Translations under genes and position numbers: made by a program
Source: Octopus vulgaris
Taxonomy: Eukaryota
Assembly (NCBI GenBank): GCA_951406725.2
Contig: OX597815.1
Span: forward strand, 89,776,001-89,840,000
DNA length: 64,000 nt
Direction: 5' to 3'
The notes under the pieces: model-generated
Databases searched by the model: none
The model's input: only the letters and a program-made list of their open reading frames with translations
What the model was told of the DNA's origin: nothing
Part shown: positions 13,171 through 26,660 of the stretch, piece after piece
Numbering within the stretch: position 1 is the first letter of the stretch
Layout: the number at the start of each line of letters is the position of its first letter

Positions 13171-13756
13171 AGATCTATATTCGTCTTACTTTTTTGTTGT
13201 TTTTGATAGATTTATCTCCGGGCAAAGGTTTTTGTGGTGCTTTTAAACTTATGAATTGTTCACTCTGTGTTAGTTCGAAAAATAGAGAAAGTGTTTTGTT
13301 TTTGTTTTGTTGCTTCGTTTGTGACACGTGTTTTCATATGCGTGTATGTGTCTCCTGTCAATTTCACGTAGTTGTGTAAGCATTGTGATGTATGTGTAGT
13401 CCTATGTGTATTAAAATGTATATATGATTGTGTAGACATTCGAGTGTATGTGTAATTCATCAATCTATTTACTTACTGTTTTGTTCCATTTATATTTTAT
13501 AATTTGTAAAGTTTCCTATGTTGATTTCGCGTGTATGTTTCGCACATGTTGCACTAAGACATCGTGCATAGGAGAAACTGTGCTTTGTGTGGCAGTAAAA
13601 TTTTGTTTGTGATTATTTTCGTTAAAGGGTTGCTTCATTCCAGTCTTCCACATGTTCATTTATCCCATTCCACCGATGTTATTAGATTAAATTTATTTTT
13701 GAATGGAGAGCACGGGTAGCACATCCATGTTGTTATTCAGCGCGGAGCTCTTATCT

Positions 13757-13774
13757 GTTATTTATTATTATTAA

Positions 13775-13828
<54 letters not shown>

Positions 13829-13830
13829 CC

Positions 13831-13879
<49 letters not shown>

Positions 13880-13894
13880 CATTATTATTATTAT
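13757..13894. repeat. (TTA)n/(TAA)n microsatellite
   Basis: Direct inspection. Confidence 0.97.
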
Positions 13895-14450
13895 CGAGTG
13901 AGAGAGCAGTGCATGACATCAAAGTGACAGTGGGGTAAAATATACGAAGCCCAGTATACCCATCATGACTACCCGTCTGATAAGGGTACACTAGGTACAT
14001 GCATCACAACCATATGTACGCAACATGGTGATCTCATATCAAAATAAACAGCGCATGACCTTGCTGTTGGGGCTCATTTAGAATCTTCTTCTGGTCGAGT
14101 TACACATTCCGCTCAAAAGGTCCCTGAATAAGGTTTGTTTAAGGATGTTGAACGAAACACCAATGTTTCCAGAGGTCAATTATTCAAATCCCAAAGAATC
14201 CTCTCAATACATGGTTATGTTCCTCCCCCACTAATTCTGCTCGTGATCAGAGATGCACATATCGTCAGCCACTAAGGTACATGCTCAACTGATTAAGGTC
14301 AAACAACTGACAAGCAAATCTGTGGTATTGAGCAGAATATTTGCTGTAGCCCATCTTTTATACCAAGACAAAACAATGTACATAATAACACTTCCAATCA
14401 GTTAAGATCAGAAGCCACGAGAGCCACTGCCTGGTACTGCATCTGGGCAT
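13895..14450 (-). mobile_element. ~555 bp non-coding interspersed element embedded in (TAA)n
   Basis: Sharp boundaries against TTA repeats on both sides; GC-richer than flanks; no convincing ORF. Confidence 0.65.
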
Positions 14451-14470
14451 ATTATTATTATTATTATTAT

Positions 14471-14515
<45 letters not shown>

Positions 14516-14538
14516 CAGCAGCAGTAGTAGTAGTAGTA

Positions 14539-14587
<49 letters not shown>

Positions 14588-14705
14588 CAGCAGCAGCAAT
14601 GGTAGTAGTGTCGGTGATGGTGGTGGTGGTGGTGGTGGTGGTAATGGTGGTGATGTCGGTAGTGGTGGTAGTGGTGGTAATAGAGGTGGTGATCGTGGTG
14701 GTTGT
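14451..14705. repeat. Compound trinucleotide tract (TTA)-(TAG)-(CAG)-(GGT)
   Basis: Direct inspection. Confidence 0.95.
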
Positions 14706-15529
14706 GTTGCTGATGAGAATGATACGTGAGAATAAGGATTGCGTGCTAATGACCATTTGAGGTGGCTTTTCTTATGCTTTTGAGTTCACCTCATTTTCTC
14801 AGTATTTTCGACTACATGTTATGTCGCGGATGTAAGAGTTTAAACATTTACCGTTTCCAATAACACATGCTCTTTGATAAATTGAAAATTAACGCTTTTG
14901 TCAACGATGACCTGTAATAAGAACCTAATTGAAGTTCTGACACTTTACTATCGGCTAATCACCAAGAATTTACTAGCTAATTAGTTAGTGAGGGCTCATG
15001 TTTGTAAAATAACGTCATTTCATTACGCTAAACATTCGTTATCCGAAAAAGTTTTCATTGAGAAAGGTCACCATGTTAATTGTTGAATAAATGATGTTTG
15101 TTCTTATTAACACCCCTTTACTATCGCTCTCTCTCTCTCTCTCTCTCCATCTCTCTCCATTTCTCTCTCTCCCTCTACAAAAGTAATGGGCTGACAATAA
15201 TATAATACCACCTGGGGAACTGACACACTTCATTCTCATCACTTGACGCGTTTCTTCGCGAAATAATCTCACAGCTGTTTACAAAATGAAGAAGCAAACG
15301 AGAAAATGGGGATGATTAAACAAGTTACTAAAGTTTCCAATCGGAAATTCAAAGATGCTTAATTTACACGTTCAGCGACTCACGCACAAATACTCCCTCT
15401 GTGTTAATTTATCTATCAGCCTGTCTATCTCGCAAGCTGGTTTCCCAGCTAGCTAGTTAGATATCCGCCTATTTCTCTCCCTTTCTCTGTCTGCCACACA
15501 CACAAATACACACAAACACATCGATACGT

Positions 15530-15564
15530 ATGTGTGTATATATATATGTATATATATATGTATG

Positions 15565-15636
<72 letters not shown>
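15530..15636. repeat. (TA)n microsatellite
   Basis: Direct inspection. Confidence 0.95.
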
Positions 15637-15639
<3 letters not shown>

Positions 15640-16019
15640 GAAGTTTATAGGATATTGAACACAGGTGTTGGGGCGGTATGTCTTGATGCTTACAAACTTC
15701 TCTTCAAGACCACAAGACACCAGTTTCATTCTTACTGCGTGGTATTTTGAGCAAATCTTTAACGTCCTTTTGATTCATACTTTGAGTGGGATTAAAAATC
15801 ACATTTTACCCCGTTAATTATGTCCCCGTATCATGTTTACTGTACATGGGCCTCTGGAATATTCAGTCACGCTTTAATTCTGGAGCAGTTACTTCATTTG
15901 ACGGGAGAAGTAAATCCTTATCTTTCATCAACGGTAATACACACACACACCTACATAAACGCGAGCGCAGATAGAGGTACCTACTCGTATGTGTGTGCGT
16001 TTATGTATATGCCTGTGTA

Positions 16020-16064
16020 GGTGTGTGCATGTGTGTGGCTGTGTATGTGTGTGTGTGTGTGTGT

Positions 16065-16120
<56 letters not shown>
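16020..16120. repeat. (GT)n microsatellite
   Basis: Direct inspection. Confidence 0.95.
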
Positions 16121-16123
<3 letters not shown>

Positions 16124-16396
16124 GAAAGCAACTAAAACTCACTTGCTAAAATACTGCGCGTTATATTCACCGTGATTGTAGGAGTTTTATTTGAATTCAC
16201 CTACCTACACATACATTTTGCAGAATTGAATCGCTAGGGAACGAGAGAAGCCACCAAGTTGTGGAGGTGAGAATTGTTTGAAGTTTGAGTTGTACACCTA
16301 AGAGATGAAGAAGAACAAAGGAATACTTTGTACGAATGTATTAAATTATAGATTGAGAATAATACATGAATATATGTGTGTGAGTTTCTGTACATT

Positions 16397-16426
<30 letters not shown>

Positions 16427-16427
<1 letters not shown>

Positions 16428-16695
16428 CATCATCATCATCATCATCATCATCGTTTAACGTCCGTTCTCCATGCTAGCATGGGTTGGACGGTTCGACCGG
16501 GGATCTGGGAAGCCAGAAGGCTGCACCAGGCTCCAGTCTTATCTGGCAATGTTTCTACAGCTGGATGCCCTTCCTAACGCCAACCACTCCGTGAGTGTAG
16601 TGGGTGCTTTTTACGTGCCACCTGCACAGGTGCCAGGCGAGGCTGGCAACGGCCACGGTCGGATTGGTGTATTTTATGTGCCACCGGCACGGAAA
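16427..16695 (-). mobile_element. SINE with (ATG)n tail, 5' truncated (probably RTE-dependent)
   Basis: (CAT)n followed by cgtttaacgtccg...ctggatgcccttcctaacgcc; same family as 59600-60140. Confidence 0.75.
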
Positions 16696-18958
16696 CTCAT
16701 GCGAATAATTATCTAGATTTCATGACAATCATCCTCATATGTATTGGCCAAAGCTCCTTTTACTGCGTATAATTGAAAACTTAATATATTTTAAACATTA
16801 AAAAAATAATAAGAATATATCTTATTTTTTTTATATATGATATAGTATTTATAATCGAACGTACGAAAAGTTATTGCGGATTATGAAGTCTAATTGATTA
16901 TTTTCAAACATTAGTTTTCTTCCTTAATTCATTTACACACACGTGTTTATTTTATTCAATATTGAAGTTTATTCATAAATTTTATTGTTTATGTTATAGT
17001 CAGCCCATGTTAATATCTGAATCTTAATTTTCTTTATAAAAATTCGTATGAATTTTTAATGACATGTGTTACTACATATGGATGTAGTTTATTACGTAAT
17101 TTACGCAAAAATGATTCTAAAATGGTGTGGGTAATAACATAAAAGGGATTCTTTTTCCTGAATGTTTTATAGTGTATTTTTGTTGACTGAAGGAAAATTA
17201 AAATTAATGCAAATGTTATTGATTCGAATATATTATGGCAGTAAGAATATCTAAGTTTAATAGATTCTGTGCCGGAACGCTGAAATTCACGCCGACTGTT
17301 GATTATTAAGTGTATTATTCCTGATCTGAATTTCCTGTTTTGGTTGTATAGAGGTTTCATATTTTGATATTACTGCAGTAAGGTTTGGCATGATTTGTGA
17401 TACTCTAATTTGTGGTGCATGGGTTATGCTTCTTTATGAAGAAGATAAATATGTATAATAATTTTATGTTTCAAAAGGCATAAATATATTGAATATAAAG
17501 GGTTTTCAGAAGGTTTCTTCTTCATTCTAGGTATATTGTAATTTTGTGCTTGAAGCATGCAGTTATATAGTATATCCTTCTCTATGCTATTCTATTCCAC
17601 AAAGCAGTTGCGTGAAAAGTCAATGAATTATTGGTTTTATAGATAGTAGCAGAAATATATATGGGAGTGTATTTTGGAGTTGTTTTCTTAGCAGATTAAA
17701 ACATTTATAATGAAATATTTTGTTGTATGCATATAGTGAGTGGAAGAGCTTAATTGTTACTTCAAAAATTATTTAAGAGATTATATTTATCCTTTTGAGA
17801 AAAAGAGATGTAAGTCCAGTTAGGTATTAACTATAACTAAAGGCTATAACGGATATTTGAAAATATAAATAAAATATATCTCAGAGACGTTCCCTGTATA
17901 GAAGAGTAAGGGGATTAGATAAACGGATAGATAGATTGATAGACAGATCGATAGATATATTGATAGGTAGGTAGGTGTGTAGGTAGATAAATAGATACAT
18001 ATACATCATCAACATCAATGTCATCATCATCATTATCTTCTTCCTTTACTTGTTGTTCTTCATCCTTCTTGTCCCTTCTTCCTTATTTTTTCTTCTTGAT
18101 CAACCTCATCTTCATCTACCGATTTCCGATTATCTACATACTCTCTTTACGATGAATTTATAGTTCTGAATCTCTTCCTTGTTTTTCAGATCACAGTCTA
18201 AAGTGAACTTACTTATTTGAGATACCAACCCACGACACTACACCATGTGGTAACAGAAGTCTAAGGTATTATGTTTCCGCCAATGCTGTAATGATATCAC
18301 TAATTACCTTGTCTCTACTCATATATTCTTACATGCAAACATACATACTTGTATGTACGTGTACGCCTCTATATGTTTATACATATTTATGCTTGTATGA
18401 TATTTGCCTGTCCATTCAGTAGAGTGCCCAGCGACTAATCTATATCTATTTCATACAAGGGTGAGAACAGTGTTTTTGAACCCGGATCCATATGATTCTT
18501 CGGGAACCACATAAGAATCTGTTCAAAATCTATTTGCAATAAATTAGTTATACGTCTACAGTACACAAAGTACTTTAACAATTTTTAACACAATTCCTAA
18601 TATTTAAATGTTTTAGGATTTTTTAAATTATCGAATGGTTTTGCGGGTCTATCCGAGTAAAATAAGTAACATAAGAGCTTATTTGCCAAACGATGGTTGC
18701 GAACTACACGGCTAGGATTTATGTAGTCTCACAATAACATGTCTGAGAGTTAAATGGATCCTTTCTTTATGTTTGGAAGTTGTGTCTGTTTCCACCCAAA
18801 ATTTATAAACTTAATTTCTAAATGTACTGTGCAAAACAATAAATGAATTATAGTAATAAATACAGTACAGCTTTTTAAATAAAAATATTTTTCCAATGAT
18901 TTTCTTTAAATTTGCCAATATAGTTGGTATTTCACCTGGTACTTGGCAGTAATTAAGT

Positions 18959-18992
18959 ACTAGCTGGACCCGTGAAAAATTCACGGAAAACA
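18959..18992 (-). mobile_element. Helitron 3' terminus (hairpin + CTAG)
   Basis: Minus strand ccgtgaa-ttt-ttcacgg hairpin followed after a few nt by CTAGt. Confidence 0.6.
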
Positions 18993-19054
18993 AAAAATAT
19001 AAGCATCTGTAAACAGTGTACTGGTGCCGTGAGAAATCTTTGTATATTATAACC

Positions 19055-19195
19055 GTCTTTACGTTCTGAGTTCAAATTCTGCCGAGGTCGACTTTATCTT
19101 TCGTTCTTTGGCGCTCGATGAATTAAGCACCAGTTATGTACTGGGGTCAATCTAATCAACTGGCCCCCTCCTCATAAAAATTTCAGGCCTAGAAA
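19055..19195 (+). mobile_element. SINE fragment (family of 4171-4570)
   Basis: ttacgttctgagttcaaattctgccgaggtcgacttt... matches 4420-4540. Confidence 0.8.
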
Positions 19196-19369
19196 AGTAT
19201 ATTGTGACAGTTAGAATATATAGAAAGTAATGTAACACTGATGATTATATAATCTAACTAAAATATCTCAGTTACACAAGCGTAAACGGAATTACCATTT
19301 AACCTTAAAATACATCATACATATTCAAAGAACCTTCTTGGTTTAGTGGTACGGAACGTTTTCTGGTAT

Positions 19370-19600
19370 TCTTGTATTCTTTTAATTGTTACAGTCATTT
19401 GACGGTGGCCATGCTAGAGCACCACCCTTTAGTCGAAGAAATTGACCCCTGGACTTATTCCCGGTAAGCCTGGTGCTTATTCTATCAGTCTCTTCTGCTG
19501 AATAGCTAAATTACAGAGACGCAAACGCACCAACATCGGTGTGAAGCGATGGTGGTGGTGGGAGAAATACAGACACAAGCACAAACACACACATACATAT
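19370..19600 (-). mobile_element. SINE 3' half (family of 53692-54075)
   Basis: cagtcatttgacggtggccatgctagagcaccacc...; reverse complement of the SINE tail. Confidence 0.75.
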
Positions 19601-19613
19601 ATGTATATATATA

Positions 19614-20455
19614 TACTTTTTATCCAAGGGGAGGCAATAAGAGCAACAGCCACAGGAACACCACAAAATTCAAAGATAGACCAAACACATGCGAATCTTA
19701 TATACTAGTTTATATCTATACAGTCCGACATATTAGAAATTTAAAATTCAGTAATATATAAATATCATATACAAATAAATATATAAATACAAATATAAAT
19801 ATAAAAAATAAATATCAAAATAAATATAAATATAAATTTTGCATATAACACGCTTAAAACTGTTAGAATAAGAGGAATAAATATAGTGATAATAAAATAA
19901 AAATATAGCATATCAAGACACGAGTAAAATTCCGGCGAATAGTACAGAAAATATAATAGACGTACAAGCTTACAAAAATACAAGATATACAGAAGTCCAT
20001 CATCTACGGGCCGTTTCAGGGATGTGCCAATCAATACTAGACATATCAGTACTTAAAATAGTACTTAAAATTGGCACTTCCCTCGTCAGGATGTCCTATA
20101 CGACACATAAAACATGAACAAACACACATATACACAAATACATAAATACATAGTCACATACCGGCCATTCTCAGACCACGATATTTACGTACTCCCAGAA
20201 AATATTTTACGTCGATCCTGAATGGAACTTTATACGCAAACCATTCGATACAGTCGCCATAGGAAATTGTATGCACGTAGCGCCATCTGGCCCATTTCAC
20301 TTCAGCACTTAATTTATTTTATTTTATTTTATTCCAAGTGGTTGTTGCTCCTATTGCCTCCCCTTCGATAAAAAAAGTGTATACAGCTCATGGAGCACTT
20401 CTATTTCCAGTCCGTTTGATATCCTGAGTGTTGTTGTCACTCAAGATATAACTTT
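19614..20455 (-). mobile_element. Non-autonomous Penelope-type/retrozyme-like element with inverted repeat and hammerhead
   Basis: ~40 bp inverted repeat (19616-19652 vs 20338-20378) enclosing a hammerhead at 19995-20097. Confidence 0.7.
19995..20097 (-). ncRNA. Type I hammerhead ribozyme (Penelope-type)
   Basis: Minus strand catc-CTGACGA-gggaagtgccaat...attggcacatccct-GAAA-cggcccg-TA-gatg; all three helices pair; GUA cleavage triplet. Confidence 0.85.
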
Positions 20456-21640
20456 ATATTTTGTAATATAATATATATGATGGGCTTGGCGGTAGTGATG
20501 ATTCTGGCTGGTGTGATTTTGTGGTTTGCTGGTTATGCCAATAGAGATCCAGCGGGCCAGTCAAACATGCACACCTATACACAAACACAGTCCACAACGA
20601 AGTTTTTACCTCTCTCTTTCCTTCTCTATCTCTCTCTTCCCTCTCTCTTTCCTTCTCTATCTCTCTCTTCCCTCTCTCTCTCCTCTCTCTTTCTCTCTTT
20701 CTCTCACACTCCCTACCTGTTGCTTTGCTACTGACTGGAATTGTTTTAGTTGTCTTCAAAAGTAAAATTGACATCCAAAAGTTACTGTGTGTAAGTATCT
20801 ACTGATTTAAGTATCTACTGTCTGTCTGTCTCTCTCTCTCTCTCTCTTTCTATTTTCACTTCTTTTGTGTCCCTCTTCTATCCCGTTTTTGATTTAATAA
20901 TGTGTATACGTATCTATGTATCTACTTCTCTTGCAATGAACGCCGTCACCACTCACTGTCTCTTTCACTCTCTCCCTTATTCTCACTCACTCTCTCTCCC
21001 TCTCTCTCTCTGTCCCGCTCTCTCTCGCTTTGCCACTTCTTTGAAGTGTGACACACATCACAGGTACGTAAAAAATACAAAGCGTATTAATATTATTGAT
21101 ATGTGAGGTCCTTTATTTTACAATGCTATACCTCGTCTGCTTTACGCTAATACATCTACATAGAATCAGGTAACTGTAAAAACTGGTTTATCAATGCTTT
21201 GAATGTTTGAGACTAAAGCACATTGTATGACTATGAAACTCCTCACTGGAAATTACTTCAAGCATTTTAGTTTCATCCGTTTAGCAGATAATCACGACTT
21301 GAAGAAGAAAAGGGAGTAAGAAAAAAAAATTTACAGCTACCCTATATCCAAATAATTAAAACGTAGTTTGTGCCAGATTATGTTTCTAATGTAAAACGAA
21401 ACCGTACAATTTTAACATCTGATTAGAGATTCTGTTGCCTTACCCTTTGCTGAACGGGACATACGGTTATAATAAATTACTAGATGCAAACCACTGATTG
21501 CGGTTTCTTTAAATAATTTATCTTGCACAACTTAGTAATTTTGAAAGGTGTTTTAATATCTGAACTATGTATAAATACAGCCGCACACATATACATATAT
21601 ACATACTTGCACACACATATACACGCATATATCTGATCAA

Positions 21641-22500
21641 TAAGTATCCGGACTCATCAATACGTATCCAGACTGTTGCCATAATATCGAAGTTAGAGCA
21701 CGTAGTATAAAGTTGCTTAGCACAAGTTGACCTTGAACACTGCTGTGCATGCACACTAAGTTTGAGCGTTCCATCTCACTTTCGCTGTGTAAAGCAGTGC
21801 TTCGAAGGAAGGTGTGTAGTGTGTGATCGTCGCATTCGCAATGACTGAGAAAGTTGAGCAGAGAATCTGCATCAAATTTTGCCGAATGCTTGGCGATACC
21901 TTCTCAGAAGCCTACGCTAAGTTTGCAAAGACTTTTCATCGTTCTGAACACAATCAAGAGGATCTTGTGCAAATGAAACTCCATTGCCCTTTTGGTCAGC
22001 TGAAATCAGTTTTGGCACAAACTTTGGGGACATGTGTCTCATACGAAAATCTTCAATGATAATGGACTGAACTGAACCGTGACTAATCTGCACATCCTCT
22101 GATAACTCACAGATGATGATTCGACGATTTTCCCTCACAGCTGCACGCACATCTGTGACGTTTTTCTCAGTTCTGATGGTTGCGGGTCTCCGAGAGCGTT
22201 CGTCATTATCGGCATTTTTTCAGCCATCCTGGAAACGTTTGAACCATTTGTTCACTTGTGTGAGGATCATATATCTATCTCCATACACTTTCTGCATTTT
22301 GCGTAGGCCTTAGAGCAAGTATTGCCATGACAACTTTCTCTGTCATGGTCAATGCAACGATGACACGCTACACACCTTCCTTCAAAGGAAGTGAGCTAAA
22401 ACGTTAAAAGTTATTGCGCATGCACTGCAGAGTTCAATCTGTGCCAAGCGGCTTCATTGTGCGTGTTTTAGCTTCGTTACTAAGGCAACCTTTCATATAC
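21641..22500. mobile_element. Mariner derivative made of two inverted 5' halves
   Basis: Plus MTEKVEQRICIKFC (21841); minus N-terminal transposase RENRRIIICELSE...KFVPKL; 21700-21930 is inversely repeated at 22285-22450. Confidence 0.8.
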
Positions 22501-22547
22501 TCATTGGCCAGAGATCGTATGTATATATATATATATATATATCCATC

Positions 22548-22620
<73 letters not shown>

Positions 22621-24094
22621 CTGTGTATGTGTGTATTTGTGTGTGTATGTTTGTATATATATATATATATGAGTATGTATAAACATTCCATACACAAACA
22701 TATATATGTTCGAGAAAGTTTTAATCAGTGATCAAAAGTGAAGAAATCTAAAGATGATTCTATACGTGTAAAGATAAATGGTTTTAGCAAAGAAACTCCG
22801 TTTTTACTAATTAAGTAGCTCATATGAAAATTTTTGTAACCGTTGTTGAATCATTGCTCAATATTTCTTTGAGGTTCCAACGATAAGAACGAGTTTTAGT
22901 CATACTAATATTTCCTAGAAAATTACGTCATGTAATTAGACGTTGGCAGAATAATCAAATACGATATTTCATGTGTAAATTACACGTACGATGAAGAATA
23001 TGTATACACATTCTAGTATGATGTACGTGTAGACATCTAAAGGCATTAATTCTTAGATATATGAGTGAATAATATGAAACATTCCGATACTAAATTAAGT
23101 CAGTTATAATAGATTATAACAAATTGGAAATGTTCCTAAATAAATCTTACCTGTCAGTAACAGGTACACTTAAACACTGACAACATTCACTTTGTCACTC
23201 TATAAACTTTGTTTCCTGGTTTGGATTCAGCTCATGTTGTAAGCCATGCTTGCATTTAGGATTTCATTTTAAAATGAACCAGTATCGAAAACGTCTTCGC
23301 CAGATAATATTGTGGTGTTTCCTTCTCATATATTAAGTTTTTAAGGATTAGCGGATGGTAACATACAGGTTTATGGGAAGAGGTACATCATTTAGACTAC
23401 CGTAAATGGGATAGATTCATCCGTATATATTTAACGATATTTAATTCCATATGAATAGTTTTAGTTTGCTGTTCATAAGTACTGTGAGGCTGAACATTTT
23501 GAAGGTGGTTATGAATTACATTTTTAAAATTCGTCTTGCTCGTTCCCTTCCCTGTTTTGCGCAGTAGCTTTTCTGTCGAGCGTTTATGCTTATAGTTTTG
23601 TATTGGATCGATTAGATATTTAGCAATGGTTTGGCTACAATAACTTGGGTCGTGTTTAACGTAAAGGACGGGGCAAGCAAATAATTAAAGATTTCAATGG
23701 AAATGTATTTAATTTGATAAACAACTTGATCATTGGAACTGAAAAATAGTTTGAAATTTAGTTGAAAATTTATAACAGTACGATGAATATAAAATAAAAA
23801 TATTGGCATATAGGAGAGAGGAGGATATACTGCATTATATGGATTTTGAAAGTAAAACGAATGCAATTATTAACTCATACAAAATATCGAACATCAGGCC
23901 AAAGACGCCTGCTTGTTGTAGAAAAACTGAATTAAGGCTAATTCCCGGTATAATGGTACAAAATCATATGCTAACATATTCTGCGTCAATGATCAGGCTG
24001 TAGATATCTGATGAAACATTTTGATACACTATAATATACTACAATATTGAGAAATATCATAAAACGTGTAAATTACTTGGAATTAATCTTAATT

Positions 24095-24959
24095 TTTGAA
24101 ATCATCACCGCTTCTCTTTCCGTGCCAGTCACAATCACTGTTAGGTAAAGAAGCTTTCATCCTGTTGGTCAGAAAAGAAGAAAAGGGATGATGATCATTT
24201 TCCTGATTAAACAGGATGGCTTTCGTCAGTATTTTTCTGGACGATTGGTCTTCATGGTCTATCGTATCTTGCTCAGCAAGTTAGCAAAGTACTATCAATT
24301 GCTGGGGTACCCCTTTTGATGAGAGTCAATAAACGCAATGCCTTTTGCATCCCAAAATTCTGAGGCCATCACCTTCCATTCAGGAGAAACGACTTTTGAG
24401 GCGTCCTTTGGCGGGGTGTTTCCACTGCATATCTCATTGTTTCTGGTTCAAAGTGATGAACTCAATACTCTGCCTCAAACAATAACAGAATTTCCCGTGA
24501 TGTGATCAGCTCCGTGCACTTTTGATCATTTGTCAGAAGATGTAGCACCACCGAGCAGAAAACGTCACCATGCCAAGTTCAGTGTGCAGTATATCGTCCA
24601 GTCTCCTATGGGATATGCTAATAATTTTGATTATTGATTTATAGTTACTAGTATGTCATCCATCACCATGTAGTGGACACAATCAATGTTTTCTTCGGTG
24701 GTGGAAGTTCAGGACATCCATGCCTTGGGTCATCTTAAACACACTCCTTTTCTCTCCTAAATTCATCTGCCCAATTTTACACTGTTGATAAAACTGGAGC
24801 GCTATTACCTAATGTAGCAACCACGTCAGCATTGATGTGCTTGTAGGCTAAACCCTTTTGCTGCTTATCTAGAAGAAAGCAATGCAGATATTAATCTGAA
24901 GGATTGAAATTAATGCATGTAAGATTTCACGGTCCTAGTCAGACTATGAACCATTCAGC

Positions 24960-24964
<5 letters not shown>
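24095..24964 (-). mobile_element. Mariner transposase remnant
   Basis: Minus strand contains HFEPET, KVMASEFWDAKG and DDPRHGCP-like motifs; TIR-like end next to (TA)n. Confidence 0.7.
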
Positions 24965-25038
<74 letters not shown>

Positions 25039-25040
25039 GT
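24963..25040. repeat. (TA)n microsatellite
   Basis: Direct inspection. Confidence 0.95.
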
Positions 25041-25237
25041 AAGAGGTATTGGTATCCAGAAGACCCAAGGTAGCAGGTAAGGTTATGTGAGTGCTGTGGA
25101 ACTGCATCTATAACATCGTACATATATTTTTATTTTTACTTTTATTTTCTTAGTTTCCTTTATAGTCTTATTTCCATCCTTTTCCTTAATAATTCCTTAT
25201 AATGAACTCTACTGTTTCCCTCTATTTAACGATCTCA

Positions 25238-25292
25238 CACCGTCTTTGATACAGTGATATCCCTAATATCCCAGAAACAGCTGGATGGCTTT
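25238..25292 (+). ncRNA. Degenerate hammerhead-like motif in a short element (25040-25350)
   Basis: ccgtc-tttgatac-a-gtgatat ccct aatatcc ca-GAAA-CAGCTG-gatgg; palindromic stem III; core mutated. Confidence 0.4.
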
Positions 25293-26594
25293 CTTTTTAT
25301 AAATGTCCTGAATATTGCACACAACCCTGGCTTTGTTGTCGCATTTTATTTAACACAAGCACACACATACACACACACGCACACGCACATACACACACAT
25401 ATATGGATATAGTGAGAGAGAAAGAAGAGAATGAAAGAGAGATGGGTACATATAAGTCTTCGTATTATTTTTTTGTGATCAGGGAATGTTATTCAAACTT
25501 GTGTTCAAACTATTATGTTGATCGATATTGAGATCGCTTCAACATTGAGTTATGCAAGATTAAATATTATAATTATATGTGTTAGCTTGACTTTTATTTA
25601 TTTGTAATATGCAATATACGTTAGTGCCTCTCTTATTCTACTCTTACCATATATATTAACCCAACAAAATACACGTTAGTTTACAATTAATTATAGTAAA
25701 ACATCTTTTAATGTACTGGAAATGTTTTAAAAGAGACAGAGAATACTTTGATACAAAATGAAGATGAAATAAACAAACCGAAAGAGCATAACCTGAACTT
25801 AGAAATTTTCCAGCAGCCAATTGAATGATTACTATACTTCAGAAATCTTAAGAGAATATGCTACTGCAAAAGTAATCTATACAATTTTCCTTCATAGTTC
25901 AACGTTGTAAATGGCAGACAAGTTTCTCTCGTTAGAAACAAATGACATTTAAAGAGTTTGTATATATTTCGGCAAAAACGTTCATGATCTCTAGAAATAT
26001 AAAAGATTATATTGATTGCATTGATTGCTTTGTATCCCTCTCGAAATACTTCAGACTTTTTCCTAGTCTCACAGTATTCTTCTAACGTCAACCTAAAGAG
26101 TATACAATCTAAATTTAATATATGCTTGTATCTTCAGCTTTTGATTCAGAGTCAAGTTATTCTATTCCTAATATCAACCAACCACTTCTGAATCAATAAA
26201 CAATTCGTTAGTCGTTTTTATATATGTTTCTAGCATTGTTCAGTATAATTTAACACGCATAATACTTCAACGTCTCGACAGAGACATTTTTCGTCATTTC
26301 GTCGAAATAATATTAGCCCAAATAACCACAACCACCACCACTCTATATGGTGGTAGTGATAGGTTTCAACTGGAATTTATCGTAGTCGCATAAGATAATC
26401 AAATTGTGGTGGATGTTTCGATGTCTCCTACTTGAAGCATTCAGTGAAAGATGAATATACTATACATAAATGCAACGCAAATCAAACAGAATTAAGAGGG
26501 TGTTTAAAAATTGCCCTTTATGCTGTCACTTGTCCGATATCCCTTACTAAAGTTGAAGTGATCCAAATATATATGAGTGCAATTTAAAAGATAC

Positions 26595-26660
<66 letters not shown>

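Noticed and set aside
14370-14450. HDV-like ribozyme at the 5' end of the TAA-embedded element
   Set aside because: I could not build the P1/P2/P3/P1.1 nested pseudoknot; only one hairpin is evident
16740-17860. Highly decayed Penelope remnant on the minus strand
   Set aside because: Only a weak KLRYSYC-like hint; insufficient to annotate
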